From assembly GCA_951406725.2 (NCBI GenBank), contig OX597835.1, positions 7,378,001-7,442,000 of the forward strand: DNA of 64,000 nucleotides. Direction: 5' to 3'. This document shows positions 27,787 to 42,275 of the stretch, piece after piece. This DNA comes from Octopus vulgaris (Eukaryota). Position 1 is the stretch's first letter; each line of letters starts with the position of its first letter. The notes beneath the pieces are model-generated. The model searched no databases, was not told the origin of the DNA, and saw only the letters and a program-made list of their open reading frames with translations. Position numbers and translations under genes: made by a program.

Positions 27787-28120
27787 GGAGAATGGCTCAG
27801 TGGTAAGAGAATCGGGCTCGGAATCACGAGGTAGTGAGTTCGATTCTTGGATCTGGCTTTGTGTTGTGTTAATGAGCAAGACGCTTTATTTCACGTTGCT
27901 TCTGTTTACTCAACTGTGGAAATTTGTTGTGATGTCACTGGTGCCAAGCTGTATCGGCCCCTTTGCCTTTCCCTTGGATTATATCGGTGGCGTGGAGAAG
28001 GGAGGCTGGTATGAATGGGAAACTGCTGGTCTTCCATAAACAATCTTGCCCGGACTTGTGCCTCAGAGGGGAACTTTCTACGTGCAATCCTACGGTCATT
28101 CATGATCGAAGGGGGTCTTT
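27787..28120 (+). mobile_element. tRNA-derived CORE-like SINE (family D), diverged
   Basis: A box tggctcagtgg, B box gagttcgattc, then tgtgttgtgtt..tgagcaagac.ctttatttcacgttgct. Confidence 0.65.
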
Positions 28121-28321
28121 TTTTCTTACTTTATTGCTTTGTGTTACTATGTGTGATGATGAAACTGGTATGTCATAAAGACAAAAGTATTTGTCATTCT
28201 GTCATTTAAATCCCCAACCTGATTACCATACATCATTCTTGAGGATCCATTTTAATTCATATCCCCATTAATCTGCTTTTAAACATCCACGATCTCACTC
28301 TCTATCCACTTTAATGTATCC

Positions 28322-28686
28322 TATTTGTTTACTACCCACAAGAGGCTAAACACAGAGAGGACAAACAAGGACAGACAAACGGATTAAGTCGATTATATCG
28401 ACCTCAGTACGTAACTGGTACTTATTTAATCGATCCCGAAAGGAGGAAAGGCACAGTCGACCTCGGCGGAATTTGAACTCAGAACGTAACGGCAGACGAA
28501 ATACGCCCAGCGTGCTAACGTTTCTGCCAACTCGCCGCCTGTTTTAGAGTACAGCAGGGGTCACCACCACCCCCTACCGGAGCCTCGTGGAACTTTTTGA
28601 TGTTTTCGCTCAATAAACACGCACAACGCCTGATCTGGGAATCGACCGCGAGTCCGCTGCCCTGACCACTGGGCCATTGCGCTTCC
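28322..28686 (-). mobile_element. Chimeric SINE (family C head + family B) within one TSD
   Basis: C head ~28541-28686 joined to B 28322-28540; flanking direct repeat actttaatgtatcc at 28308-28321 and 28687-28700. Confidence 0.8.
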
Positions 28687-28964
28687 ACTTTAATGTATCC
28701 AAGATTACATTATTAATCTGCTTTAAAACTTCTACGGTCACCATGTCTTCTTTACTCTTAAAGAGAGCAGCGCTCGAGATTCGCTCGAGATTCACTCAGA
28801 TATAGAACGGTTCAGTAGGATTGTCTGCTCACACCGAATCTTTACCTCTTACTGACTTCAAATCCTAATCCAGGTAGACTTTTGTTTGCAAGATTAAATG
28901 AGTAAATACACGAATAAATAAATTGGTTAACTAATTCGTTAATTAATACATACTGTTTTACTGT

Positions 28965-29358
28965 TTACTGTTTTACTTGTTTCAGTCATTTGACTGCGGC
29001 CATGCTGGAGCACCGCCTTTAGTCGATCAAATCGACCCGGGACTTATTCTTTGTAAGCCCAGTACTTATTCTATCGGTCTCTTTTGGCGAACCGCTAAGT
29101 GACGGGGACGTAAACACACCAGCATCGGTTGTCAAGCAATGCTAGGGGGACAAACACAGACACACAAATCCACACACACACATATATATATATACATATA
29201 TACGGCAAGCTTCTTTCAGTTTCCGTCTACCAAATCCACTCACAATGCATTGGTCGGCCCGGGGCTATAGCAGAAGACACTTGCCCAAGATGCCACGCAG
29301 TGGGACTGAACCCGGAACCATGTGGTTGGTTAGCAAGCTACTTACCACACAGCCACTC
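28965..29358 (-). mobile_element. SINE family A
   Basis: Near-full copy. Confidence 0.85.
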
Positions 29359-29676
29359 TAAATAAATAAACAAATATTCCTTGGCGTAATTAACTGACCG
29401 CGGAATGTTCACAAAGTGTCGGATTATCGTTGGAGCTTTCTATCGTTCACTTAATTGTCTTCGGCAAGTTTCTCGGTCAATGACCTTCCACTGCAGGCTA
29501 TTAGCGATAGATTCAGTAAAAATGTCTGAGTGACAATTTAACCATTAATCGCGGAACTCTCATTTGTCAATAATTTGTGGTGAAACGTATGAAAATAAAC
29601 AAATATTCTTTGGCGTAATTAACTGAAGTGTTGAATAACTGCAGGAAGTGTTGAATAACGATGAAAGCTTCTGGCA

Positions 29677-30385
29677 AGAGCGATAACACCACAGTTTTAA
29701 TATTTTACGGTATATAATCAAATTACGATGTTATACGCCAGAGTATTTATACTGCCAAATGTGTTATCAAATGAAAGTATATCGTTGAGAATGTGTCGAA
29801 TACCTAAGTATAAAATGAGTAGACTGCAAACAGAGAGCGTATTCCTTTTTCATTTCCACTTTCATCTCACTAGAGGTCGCTGCAAGGCATGTGATGAGAT
29901 GTGTACAAGAATAAGTACTAGGCTTACAAAGAATAAGTCCTGGGAGTAGATCTGCTCGGCTAAAAAAGGCGGTGCTCCAGCATGGCCACAGTCAAAATAC
30001 TGAAACAAGTAAAAGAGTAAAAGAGCAGAGCGATAACACCACAGTTTTAATATTTTACGGTATATAATCAAATTACGATGTTATACGCCAGAGTATTTAT
30101 ACTGCCAAATCTGTTATAAAATGAAAGTATATCGTTGAGAATGTGTCGAATACCAGAGTACAAAATGAGTAGACTGCAAAAAAACTGAGAGCGTATTCCT
30201 TTTTCATTTCCACTTTCATCTCACTAGAGGTCGCTGCAAGGCATGTGATGAGATGTGTACAAGAATAAGTACTAGGCTTACAAAGAATAATTCCTGGGGG
30301 TAGATTTGCTCGACTAAAAAAAGGCGGCGCTCCAGCATGGCCACAGTCAAATGACTGAAACGAGTAAAAGAGTGAAAGAGCAGAG
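29677..30385 (+). repeat. ~350-bp tandem duplication, each unit ending in a SINE A tail
   Basis: agagcgataacaccacag begins at 29677 and 30027. Confidence 0.9.
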
Positions 30386-30658
30386 TGTTATTACAGGCTG
30401 TAAAATGGCGACTCGAACCAGGCTGGAGTTCACAGTTTGCTGGACACCGGTTGTTTATTTATTTAAATGTGGATTTATGTATTGAATATCTAAATGTTGA
30501 AGACGAGTTGTGTTACGAGGATATTCTTTTTTAAAACGAATAACCTCCTGTTTAGAATGTAAATTACAATATCATTAAGCTAAATTGCACATTGTAAATA
30601 TTGTAAACATTGTAAATAACGGAGAAATTAATTATAGGAAAATAATTCGATATATTCT

Positions 30659-30711
<53 letters not shown>

Positions 30712-31051
30712 TATTGTAGTCTTATTGCTTAAATTTGGTTGTATACAATAAACATATAACATGATTAATAGAATGACCTTAACTAAGTTCATCATTCACA
30801 CACACACACACGCGCAAACGCACACACACACACAAACACAAACACAAACACACACACATACGCATACACGTACACATATTCGTGTCTCTCCGTGTGTGTT
30901 TATATTGTACGTGCGTGTGTTTATGTGTTTATGTGTGTGTTTGTATGTGTGTGTGTGTTATTACCATTAGGAATGTTGGGTTAACAATTGTAAACATACT
31001 AATATAGATGATCTTTATGCTATGAAAAACTTATCATAATATATGTATATA

Positions 31052-31183
<132 letters not shown>

Positions 31184-31185
31184 TA

Positions 31186-31218
<33 letters not shown>

Positions 31219-31381
31219 TATACATACAATCTACCATTTGTACTAACTTGTAACGTTTGATTAAATACTGTAAACACTATAAGATGAAATTTCTAGAATG
31301 AAAATAATTGTACTCCATACACACGCACACATACACACAGGCATGCACAGCCAACATGAATACACACACATACGTAGATAC

Positions 31382-31482
<101 letters not shown>

Positions 31483-31611
31483 ATTATCTATAGAAAAGCA
31501 AAAGACGATGACAGGTGTATGAACTGAATAACAAGCAGGTAAATTAGTTTGCCGCTCAGGAAAGTCAATAACATATATGAATGTATGTATGTATGTATGT
31601 ATGTATGTATG

Positions 31612-31725
31612 TCATTATTCAATATATTTCAAGATTTCTTGCCAATAGAGAAAGAACCGGTTTCTAACCTAGATCCAAGGTTTCCTCATTCGAATTACAA
31701 CATCAACAACAAGGTGTTTTTCCTT
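31612..31725 (-). mobile_element. ~110-bp element embedded in (TACA)n
   Basis: Reverse-complement match to 48597-48707; partial copy at ~37716-37760. Confidence 0.7.
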
Positions 31726-31819
31726 GTATGTACGTAAGTATGCATTTAGGTAGGTATGTATGTAGTGTGTATGTATGCATGTATATATATGTATATATAT
31801 GCATGTGTGTGTATATGTT

Positions 31820-32005
31820 TGTGTGTCTGTGTTTCTCCCCCCACCCCCCAACATCGCTTGACAACCGATGGTGGTTTGCGTCCCCGTAACTTAGAGTTTC
31901 GGCAAAAGTCCTAGACTTACGAAGAATAAGTCCTGGGGCGATTTGCTCGACTACAGGCGGTGCTCCAGCATCGCCACAGTCTAATTACTCAAACAAGAAA
32001 AAAGA
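31820..32005 (+). mobile_element. SINE family A 3' half
   Basis: Tail motif. Confidence 0.75.
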
Positions 32006-32032
32006 GTTTGTATGAGTATATATATATATATA

Positions 32033-32315
32033 CTCTTCAATTTCTGCAATTTCAACCAATCAATGACGTCTATTGAAGGTGAAAACATTCTGTGCCGTAT
32101 GAATATGTCCCTCGTTTAAGAAACAGATTGGGTTTATTTACATTTCTGAAGAAAAAAAGATACCCTTCCCACCACCCCTAACCCTAACCCTAACTAACTA
32201 ACCCTAACCCTAAAACAGATTGAAATGTAATAGATCGATACTAGGGTCATAATTATGGGTGACAATTTCGTATGACACCGCTAGAAAAAACTGCCGTTCA
32301 AACCGAAAAGATCCA
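32033..32315. mobile_element. Probable non-autonomous element with internal CCCTAA repeats (Helentron/HINE-like?)
   Basis: ccctaaccctaaccctaactaactaaccctaaccctaa at ~32176-32213; ends ccgaaaagatcc; follows (TA)n. Confidence 0.35.
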
Positions 32316-33426
32316 CAATAAATAGCGAAACTACTTAATAATTTTTTACCCAATACCTATAATGAGTATAAATATATATATATTTCTGTGTGGGGGTGTA
32401 TACCTATATATACATGTATGTGTGTGTGTCCTTGTGTCTGTTTGTCTTCCGCCGCCGCTTCGCAGCTGGTGTCGGTATGCTTTTAAGGTCACAATGTAAG
32501 GGCCTGAAAGTCATGAACTGTTGCAGTCCCTCTTTCATAATTTTACAGTCTTTTTTATTTTCTCTTTCTTTTTTTTCTCTTTCTTTTTTGTTGCCTTCTG
32601 TCATTCTCAATATCTGCCTATGTCTTCCTCGTGTTACGTGAGATATTCTGCTTCAAACATGGTGGCAATGCTAAGAAACAATTCCATTTGCCATTTCTTT
32701 TATTTGTGTTGCTATTTCGCCTAAAGCACTGACATATAAGTGGTGTAAAATCCCTGAATGTCAACAGTAATATAATTAATATCAGATAGTGGCTGCACCA
32801 CTGTGGAAACCCTTCAGAGATAAATAAAGAAATAACACTAAATTTCGTATAGAGCCTTTAGTTCGTGTCATATTTTGTGCTTTCTCTTTTCTACGATATC
32901 CGTTGAAAATTATATTTCGTGGAATGGAAATTATAGCTCTAAGAATGAATATAACTTAGAATTATAATATTAAATTTTGTTTTATGAGATAGAATTACTG
33001 GTACTACATTGGTTACGGCGATGAGTGTTCCATGTGATTTGAACAACGGAACAGCCCAGACCGGTTGGTGTGTTGAGATTTTGAGTAAAACAGTTAATCT
33101 CACATTGCTCTGCGAAAGTTAAATTTCATCGTAAGTTAAATTTAACGTCAGGGTCTTATAAAGCTAGATTTATAAATCCTAAAATTAGAGAAGACTTCGT
33201 TATTGGGCTGTTTAGCTTGAAGGTTAAAGCACTTGACGCGTAATTAGAGGAATGTGTGTTCGAGTATGGTGGCTGGCCGGTAATGATTTTTTTTTCTGCA
33301 ATATTTGAATAGTTTATCCTCTTCATGCTGTTGTATTCGCATCATTCTGTGTTTGAGAATAAATTATTTCTGTATCTTTCAATACATATCAACACTTCTA
33401 TAGCAAACTTTGTTTACTTTCATCTT

Positions 33427-33469
<43 letters not shown>

Positions 33470-34643
33470 GACGAACTTGTTTCAGTTTTCCTATAACAAA
33501 TCCACTCACTAGGGTGTGGTCGCCCCGAGGCTGCAGTAGAAGAACCCTTTCTTACCACGAATTGACGCCAGCATCTATACAAAATTTAAACAATAAAAAA
33601 AAAAAAAAAACGCACTAAAGAATAAAACAGTGCAGATGGGAGCGAAAGATGTGAAATGGTTAGAAGCATTGCAGGAATCGCTCAACAGATTCTTTGAAAG
33701 AAATCTCTGTATTTTTTCTACGGCTTTCAAAAGCCAATGAAATGCATTAGAAGCAAACAATTTTTAGCGCGTAACAATGGATTTATATTTTTAAACTGGT
33801 TGAGTATGTTTTCTATTTGTTTTCCGTTTATTCTCTTTACGTCCTTTACAAATCAATATTTCTCTCACCGTTTCTCGGCAGCATTCTAGCAATTATTTAC
33901 TTTAGCGATTATACAATTTTACATATCCCCAATTGAGTGAGATATCTACGTTAAGAAGCCGGAATTTGATCGATAACACATACTTGAATTCCAAAAGCTT
34001 AGCATGAATGTCAAAGTCATACTTTGATAAAAAGGTAAAGACAGGAAGAAAAAAAAAAAAAAAGAACATACCGCCCGGCCCGTTTGTTGGTTTATTTATA
34101 TTCTATTTGTTTATTTATACATTTATACTTCCACTTCAAGCTGTAATTAAATGTATTAATTTAAGGGATGGATTGACGTATTCGGAACAAATCTGGCGTG
34201 TTGGAAGCTGGGAGTTTATCGCAAAGCTCTCTTTAATAAGAATCAAGCACTGTTTTGTTTTATCTTTATTGCGTCTGTGTTTAACTTCGTTGTATTTTGA
34301 CGTCCTTCAATCCATCTCCAAAACCTATTTAGCAAATACCATTGAACATATCAAGTGTTTGATAAAGAGTTCGAGAAAAAAAGACCGGGTATGACTAGCA
34401 AGTTTCTCGAGGGGGCGTCAGGCGACGCTCATTAAACAAAAATGACGTATATCAAACAGGAATATCTTGAAGTTTTTCCAAAGCAACCAACACATTTAGC
34501 AATTAGCGATAATTTATCAGCTCCTTCATCGCTTAAATTGGTCAAAACACGTTTTAGTTAGATCTCGAAAACGGTACTTTAAATATTTTCCTACACCGTT
34601 TAGAGTTTTTTCTTGGGTTTTCTTTATGAATGTATGTATATAT

Positions 34644-34678
<35 letters not shown>

Positions 34679-34823
34679 TAGGTGAATGAATTATCCTATG
34701 TTTATCGTCAGCATGGAAACTTCGTTTAACCGAAACCTGGGTAGCAAATTTACGTCAGAAAACACGGTTGAAGCGACCTGTCAAGGGTGGAAACTCCGGG
34801 TTCATGTTCGACTCCATTCTTTC

Positions 34824-35020
<197 letters not shown>

Positions 35021-35449
35021 TAGATAGACAGACAGGCAGGCAGACAGACATGCAAATAGATAGAAAGAGAGAGAAAGAAAGTGATATATAATATTGTTTG
35101 GCTAAAAGCTTTCCAAAGCTCCTTTGCGGGCGTCGGCTATCAGATGTTATCATTCAGTAGGATTTCTCCCTTTACGGGATATACATGGGGAAATCCGTGA
35201 GTATCCGTGTAGCTTATACAATTTTGATTGTAATAAAATTCTTTTTTCATGTGTGCGTGTGTGCGTGTGTGTGTGCGTGTGTGCGTGTGTGTGTGTGTGT
35301 GGATAAAGAGAGAGAAAGTGAGAGAGAAAGAGAAGGAGAGAGAGAGGAAGAGAAAGAGAAAATTGAATGGTTGGTGTAACCATGATGTTCTGGTGATCTG
35401 ATGACGTTGATTTCTGTATTTGCATTGATTCGTGAATAGTAAATTGTAT

Positions 35450-35645
35450 GTGTGTGTCTGTGTGTCCTCCACCTGCTTTACAACCGATCTTCAAGTGTTT
35501 ATGACACCATAACTTAGCGGTTCGGCAAGAGATCGGTAGATTAAGTACCAGACTTAACAAATAAATAAGTACTGAGGTCGACTCATTCGACCAAAATTCT
35601 ACAAGGTGGTGCCCCAGCAAGGCCGCAGTCTAATGACTGAAAAGT
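35450..35645 (+). mobile_element. SINE family A 3' half, diverged
   Basis: Tail motif. Confidence 0.7.
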
Positions 35646-35663
35646 TACATTCGTACGTTCATA

Positions 35664-36527
35664 CGAAGTGCATTCCAGATGTTTTGAGACTTTTCTAGGA
35701 AAGACAGTTTATATCTGTCCCGGATTATAGTAATTTTAGTATATCATTGATATACATCTAATAAGCTGACCTGCCAACTTTTGTTAATCCAGAATGAAGG
35801 AGTCGACCATAACAACTGTTTGAACACAACCTACAAAACGCTGTTTGTCACGGCTGACTGGTTTGCAGAATGAAGTCGGTTACTTTAGAAGCTTGCTTTG
35901 CAAAACAGTTGTGTGTTTTAGCTGAGCAAAAACGCTATAGAAACGCATCAAATATTCATGGCTTCTTATAGATTACCTTTTTCGCTGGCAAATGACAAGA
36001 GAGAAAAGGTGAGAGCGGATGAGAGGTTTGGGAGGAGGAGGGACGTCATAATTCCAGAACTAGTTGAGAAAATTAGCAATTTTCTGAATGAAGACCATCG
36101 TATGTTTTTAAAGACAATAAACATATGATTTAGGTGTGACAACTGTACACAGAATTATTCATGAAGATCTGAACGTGAGCAAAATTTCTAAACTACACTA
36201 ACCCATAATTCCATCCAGGTAACCAGTTTCTTGACTGGGGTGGACATCAAAACTGTCCCTCAGCTTCCTTACAGTTCAAACCTCGCGCGCTGTAGATTTT
36301 GCTTGTTTCTTAACCTGACGGAGAATTTCAAGGGCAGTGGTTTTCATGATAGGGGGGGACTGGACACCGTCACTTAGGAGGACTTCTATGGGGCCATTAC
36401 AAAGGGGCCATTAAAAAGCACGTTACAACAACTGGACTTCAGTTAGAGGGAATTCGAGTTTTGTATTTATTGGAAGTTAATAAATATCTCAGCTGAAAAA
36501 TCATAAACACTTCTGGAATGCACCTTT
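35664..36527 (+). mobile_element. Internally deleted mariner transposon
   Basis: TIRs aagtgcattccaga / tctggaatgcacct; PELVEKISNFLNEDHR, TVHRIIHEDLN, IKTVPQLPYSSNLAR (YSPDLAP-like). Confidence 0.8.
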
Positions 36528-37037
36528 TATTAAAAAAAAATCGTACACATAGAAAACATACGTATACTTAAAAGGCACAGTATGAGAAAAAAAACCCTGC
36601 TTCCCTACAACATGGTTTCGGGTTCAGTCCCACTGCGTGGCATCTTGGGCATAAATACATACATACATGCATAAATACATATATACATACATGCATGAAT
36701 ACATATATACACACATGCATACATATATACATGCATACACACGTACATATATAGCTACTATGTATATACATGCATACATACATATATACATACATGGTAA
36801 ACATGTATACATACATACACACGTACATACATACATGCATACATGAAAACACATACGTACATACATATATACATACATATATGCATGCGTAAATACATAG
36901 ATACATGCATACACACATGTAGACATACAAGAATACATACATACACACATAAACGCATACAAACATGCATTCATACATGTATGCATACACACATACATAC
37001 ATACATACATGCATAATTTACATGTATACATACATAC

Positions 37038-37198
37038 ATTATTGGGGCCCTGAGATATGTAACACACTGCTTAAATACTAATCTTGAGAAATTAGGCTTC
37101 TCAAAACCTGAAGGAAGAAAGCTAATTCGAAGACTACAGATCCAAGCCGTCACTGGAACTGTAAAAATCTGTAAACCTTTCCGGAAGATTATCATCTA
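37038..37198 (+). mobile_element. RLE-type non-LTR element extreme 3' fragment following (TACA)n
   Basis: IIGALRYVTHCLNTNLEKLGFS...LIRRLQIQAVTGTVKICKPF. Confidence 0.6.
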
Positions 37199-37281
37199 AA
37201 TATATATATGAGCATGGTTAGATATGCAACTATATGTATGAGAATATATATATATAAAACATACAGATCTTCACATATATA

Positions 37282-37693
37282 GGCGCAGGAGTGGCTGTGT
37301 GGTAAATAGCTTGCTAACCAATCACATGGTTCCGGGTTAAGTCCCACTGCGTGGAATCTTGGGCAAGTGTCTTCTGCTATAGCCCCGGGCCGACCAATGC
37401 CTTGTGAGTGGATTTGGTAGACGGAAACTGAAAGAAGCTCGTCGTATATATGTATATATATATATATATGCGTGTGTGCGTTTGTGCGTCTGTGTTTGTC
37501 CCCCAAGCATTGCTTGACAACCGATGCTGGTGTGTTTACGTCCCCGTCACTTAGCGGTTCGGCAAAAGAGACCGATAGAATAAGTACTGGGCTTACAAAG
37601 AATAAGTCCTGGGGTCGATTTGCTCGACTAAAGGCGGTGCTCCAGCATGGCCGCAGTCAAATGACTGAAACAAGTAAAAGAGTAAAAAGAGTA
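37282..37693 (+). mobile_element. SINE family A, full length
   Basis: Head to gtaaaagag tail. Confidence 0.9.
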
Positions 37694-38067
37694 AGGAGTA
37701 TATATACATACATACAAAAATACACTGTTGTTGATGTTAAAATAAACGGAATAAGGACATGCATACATGCACAGACGCATCTTCAAATGTCCGCATGTGT
37801 GAGTCTGGTTTCCTGTCTGCAGATAAGTATGTTTGTATCGAAACCGATCGAGCAAACATCCTACCGCCAGGAGCGCTCAGTCTGAAGGTGTAACTATATA
37901 TGCAGGCAATATATTAAAAAGGGGGAAAAAAAAAAAAAGAAAAAGAAAAAGAAAATGGTATGCAAATATGTAAGGAATTGAAGCTGAAATTTATAGCCAT
38001 TTGAAGGAGCCAAACATGCATGGCAGAAAATCAAACAAACAAAACAAACACACGTTTTACATATTTA

Positions 38068-39312
38068 TGTGTGTGTATAGGTGTGAGTGTGTGTATGTGT
38101 GTGTATAGGTGTGTATGTGTGTGTATAGGTGTGAGTGTGTGTATGTGTGTGTATAGGTGTGAGTGTGTGTATGTGTGTGTATAGGTGTGAGTGTGTGTAT
38201 GTGTGTGTATAGGTGTGAGTGTGTGTATGTGTGTATAGGTGTGAGTGTGTGTATGTGTGTGTGTATGTGTGTGAGTGTGTGCATGTGTGTGTGTGTATGT
38301 GTGTGTATGTGTGTGTATAGGTGTGAGTGTGTGTATGTGTGTGTATAGGTGTGAGTGTGTGTATGTGTGTGTATGTGTGTGTGAGTGTGTGTATGTGTGT
38401 GTATAGGTGTGAGTGTGTGTATGTGTGTGTGTATAGGTGTGAGTGTGTGTATGTGTGTGTGTATAGGTGTGAGTGTGTGTATGTGTGTGTATAGGTGTGA
38501 GTGTGTGTATGTGTGTGTATAGGTGTGAGTGTGTGTATGTGTGTGTATAGGTGTGAGTGTGTGTATGTGTGTGTATAGGTGTGTATGTGTGTGTGTGTGA
38601 GTGTGTGTATGTGTGTGTATAGGTGTGAGTGTGTGTATGTGTGTGTATAGGTGTGAGTGTGCGTATGTGTGTGTATAGGTGTCAGTGTGTATGTATGTGT
38701 GTGTATAGGTGTGAGTGTGTGTTTGTGTGTGTATAGGTGTGAGTGTGTGTATGTGTGTGTATAGGTGTGAGTGTGTGTATGTGTGTGTATAGGTGTGAGT
38801 GTGTGTATGTGTGTGTATAGGTGTGAGTGTGTGCATGTGTGTATAGGTGTGAGTGTGTGTATGTGTGTGTATAGGTGTGAGTGTGTGTGTGTGTGTGTGT
38901 AGGTGTGTGTGTGTGTATGTGTGTGTATAGGTGTCAGTGTGTATGTATGTGTGTGTATAGGTGTGAGTGTGTGTATGTGTGTGTGTATAGGTGTGAGTGT
39001 GTGTATGTGTGTGTATAGGTGTGAGTGTGTGTATGTGTGTGTATAGGTGTGAGTGTGTGCATGTGTGTATAGGTGTGAGTGTGTGTATGTGTTTGTATAG
39101 GTGTCAGTGTGTGTATGTGTGTGTGTATAGGTGTGAGTGTGTGTATGTGTGTGTGTATAGGTGTGAGTGTGTGTATGTGTGTGTATAGGTGTGAGTGTGT
39201 GTATGTGTGTGTATAGGTGTGAGTGTGTGTATAGGTGTGAGTGTGTGTATGTGTGTGTATAGGTGTGAGTGTGTGTATAGGTGTGAGTGTGTGTATGTGT
39301 GTTTGTGTGTGC
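38068..39312. repeat. ~28-bp TG-derived minisatellite (gtgtgtgtataggtgtgagtgtgtgtat)n
   Basis: Direct tandem repeat. Confidence 0.95.
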
Positions 39313-39519
39313 GTACTTGCTCTAGTTATATGTAATGCTATACCTTCGTACTTTAAGGAGTAGGATAGTGATGGTAGAGCGGTACTTAACACAGATGTAC
39401 GGTTTACAGTAAATATATGTTTTCGAAATCTGCCAGCACTGACAGAACTTTCCCATCCTCTGTCACTGTCACTCTCTCCCTTTCTCTTACACACTCACAC
39501 ACTCACACACTCGCTACAC

Positions 39520-39627
<108 letters not shown>

Positions 39628-39645
39628 ATATTTGTGTATATATAG

Positions 39646-39693
<48 letters not shown>

Positions 39694-39695
39694 TA

Positions 39696-39727
<32 letters not shown>

Positions 39728-39728
39728 C

Positions 39729-39771
<43 letters not shown>

Positions 39772-39856
39772 TATATACACATATACCTATAGATACACAC
39801 AAATATATATATTTATATACACAAATTATATTATATCTACACAAATATATATATAT

Positions 39857-40038
39857 ATTTTTTTTTCTTTCCTAGTTTTCTCCGTATTTCTTTTCTGTGT
39901 ATCTTTCTGTTGAAGAGCGTAGGCTCGAAACGTAAAAAGACTTGTTTTATTTATATTCCTGAGCGCCATACTAATACAATTGTGTTTGTATTCCACCTGC
40001 CTTCGTCTTTTGTTTATTTTCATAAAGCCTCCCGTTAC
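39857..40038 (+). mobile_element. Penelope-like pLTR fragment with a variant hammerhead (copy 1)
   Basis: tcttt-CTGTTGA-a gagc gtag gctc-GAAA-cg-TA-aaaaga at 39902-39940; second copy at 48290-48470. Confidence 0.65.
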
Positions 40039-40081
<43 letters not shown>

Positions 40082-40115
40082 TACACACACATATATATAT
40101 ATATATGTATATATA

Positions 40116-40330
40116 TAGGGTGGTTCAAAAGTAGGTTTACAGTTATTCTACTTTCTCTTTCGCATTCATATGTTAACAGTTTAGATCTTAATTATGAAAA
40201 ACAAATATAAAACCATTGTTCTCTGCTAATTTAGTGAATTGTAAGATAGAAATTTAAATGTAATAAAAAGATTTAAAAGAAATTTAAAGTGCCTACGTGA
40301 TAAGTGTAAACCTACTTTTGGGCCACCTTG
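40116..40330. mobile_element. Tc1/mariner MITE
   Basis: TIRs agggtggttcaaaagtaggtttaca / tgtaaacctacttttgggccacctt, TA-flanked. Confidence 0.85.
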
Positions 40331-40459
40331 TATATAATACACTCAGTACACACGCACAGCACATATAGACATTATCACGCACACACACACACACATATAT
40401 ATATATACATATATATACATAGTCGAATAATAAAAAGAAAGTTCTTGGTACTGTATTTA

Positions 40460-40864
40460 TTTTTTACTTGTTTCAGTCATTTTGACTGCGGCCATGCTGG
40501 AGCACCGCCTTTAATCGAGCAACTCGACCCCCGGGGCTTATTCTTTGTAAGCCGCAGTACTTATTCTATCGGTCTCTTTTGCCGAACCGCCAAGTGACGG
40601 GGACATAAACACACCAGCATCGGTTGTCAAGCAATGCTGGGGGGAGGGGCAAACGCAGACAAACAAACATACACGCACATACATATATATATACATATGC
40701 ACGACGGGCTTCTTTCAGTTTCCGTCTACCAAATCCACTCACAAGGCTTTGGTCGGCCCGAGGCTATAGTAGAAGACACCTGCCCAAGGTGCCACGCAGT
40801 GGGACTGAACCCGGAACCATGTAGTTTGTTAGCAAGCTACTTACCACACAGCCACTCCTGCGCC
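40460..40864 (-). mobile_element. SINE family A, full length
   Basis: Family A. Confidence 0.9.
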
Positions 40865-41134
40865 TACGATATATATTATATATATGTATTATATATTTGA
40901 AAAAATGAACAGAGATGTCTTTTTGGTAGGGATAATATTTATTTTAATCATGTTTACAGTCATTGATTCTGCAATGAGTTTCAAGCTTCAAGTATCCGTT
41001 TTCAAACTGAAAAAATATGATTTATTGGTTGCTTAAATAGCAGAAAATTTAGATAGCAAAGTGAATGTATATATATATATATAAATATATATATACAAGA
41101 GTTATACGTTCTTGTCCATGTTGTATTTTTCTAC

Positions 41135-41305
<171 letters not shown>

Positions 41306-41397
41306 GTATATATATATATACATGTATATATATGCCTGTATGTGAGTATGTAGTTATTTGTGGGTGTGTATATGTGGTGTAGATGGACATATGTATG

Positions 41398-41443
<46 letters not shown>

Positions 41444-41635
41444 TGTGCATATGTGTTTGTATGTATGCATATATGTGTGTGTACATGCAAATGTATAATG
41501 GTTAAGTGCCATGTGCGTATAATAGTATGTGTATGTATGTATAAAGTATGTATGCTCCCTTCTGTAGATATGACATATATGTAATATAACGAGACACATA
41601 ATAGAATGTGTGTCGTTGTGCATCTATATATACAC

Positions 41636-41666
<31 letters not shown>

Positions 41667-41756
41667 TGTATGTATGTATGTATGTATGTATGTGTGTATG
41701 TATGCATGTATGTATGTATGTATGTGTGTGTGTATGTATGTGTGTATATGTGTGTT

Positions 41757-41793
<37 letters not shown>

Positions 41794-41972
41794 ACTGAAG
41801 GAATAGATGACCTGAAATGAGCAGGCTCACCACTGGTCGTCTTCTGACAAGTCAACAATATTGTCCATTTCAAAATATTCCATTTCTTTATCCCTGATGG
41901 ATTTAACCCTCTTTCCCCCTCCGTTCCCAAATACTACCTTTATTTTTACAGTTACTGTTACTTTTAGCTTCA

Positions 41973-41975
<3 letters not shown>

Positions 41976-42005
<30 letters not shown>

Positions 42006-42275
42006 CTTCTTCTTCTTCTTCTTCTTCTTCTTCTTCTTCTTCTTCGTCTTCTTCTTCTTCTTCTTCTTCTTCTTCTTCTTCTTCGTCTTCTTCGTCTTCT
42101 TCTTCTTCGTCTTCTTCTTCTTCTTCTTCTTCTTCGTCTTCTTCTTCTTCTTCTTCGTCTTCTTCGTCTTCTTCTTCTTCGTCTTCTTCTTCGTCTTCTT
42201 CTTCTTCTTCTTCTTCTTCTTCTTCTTCTTCTTCTTCTTCTTCTTCTTCTTCTTCTTCTTCTCCTTCTTCTTCTT
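41976..42275. repeat. (CTT)n microsatellite
   Basis: Direct repeat. Confidence 0.95.

Noticed and set aside
33203-33280. tRNA-like sequence
   Set aside because: Cloverleaf stems are broken; probably a decayed SINE head
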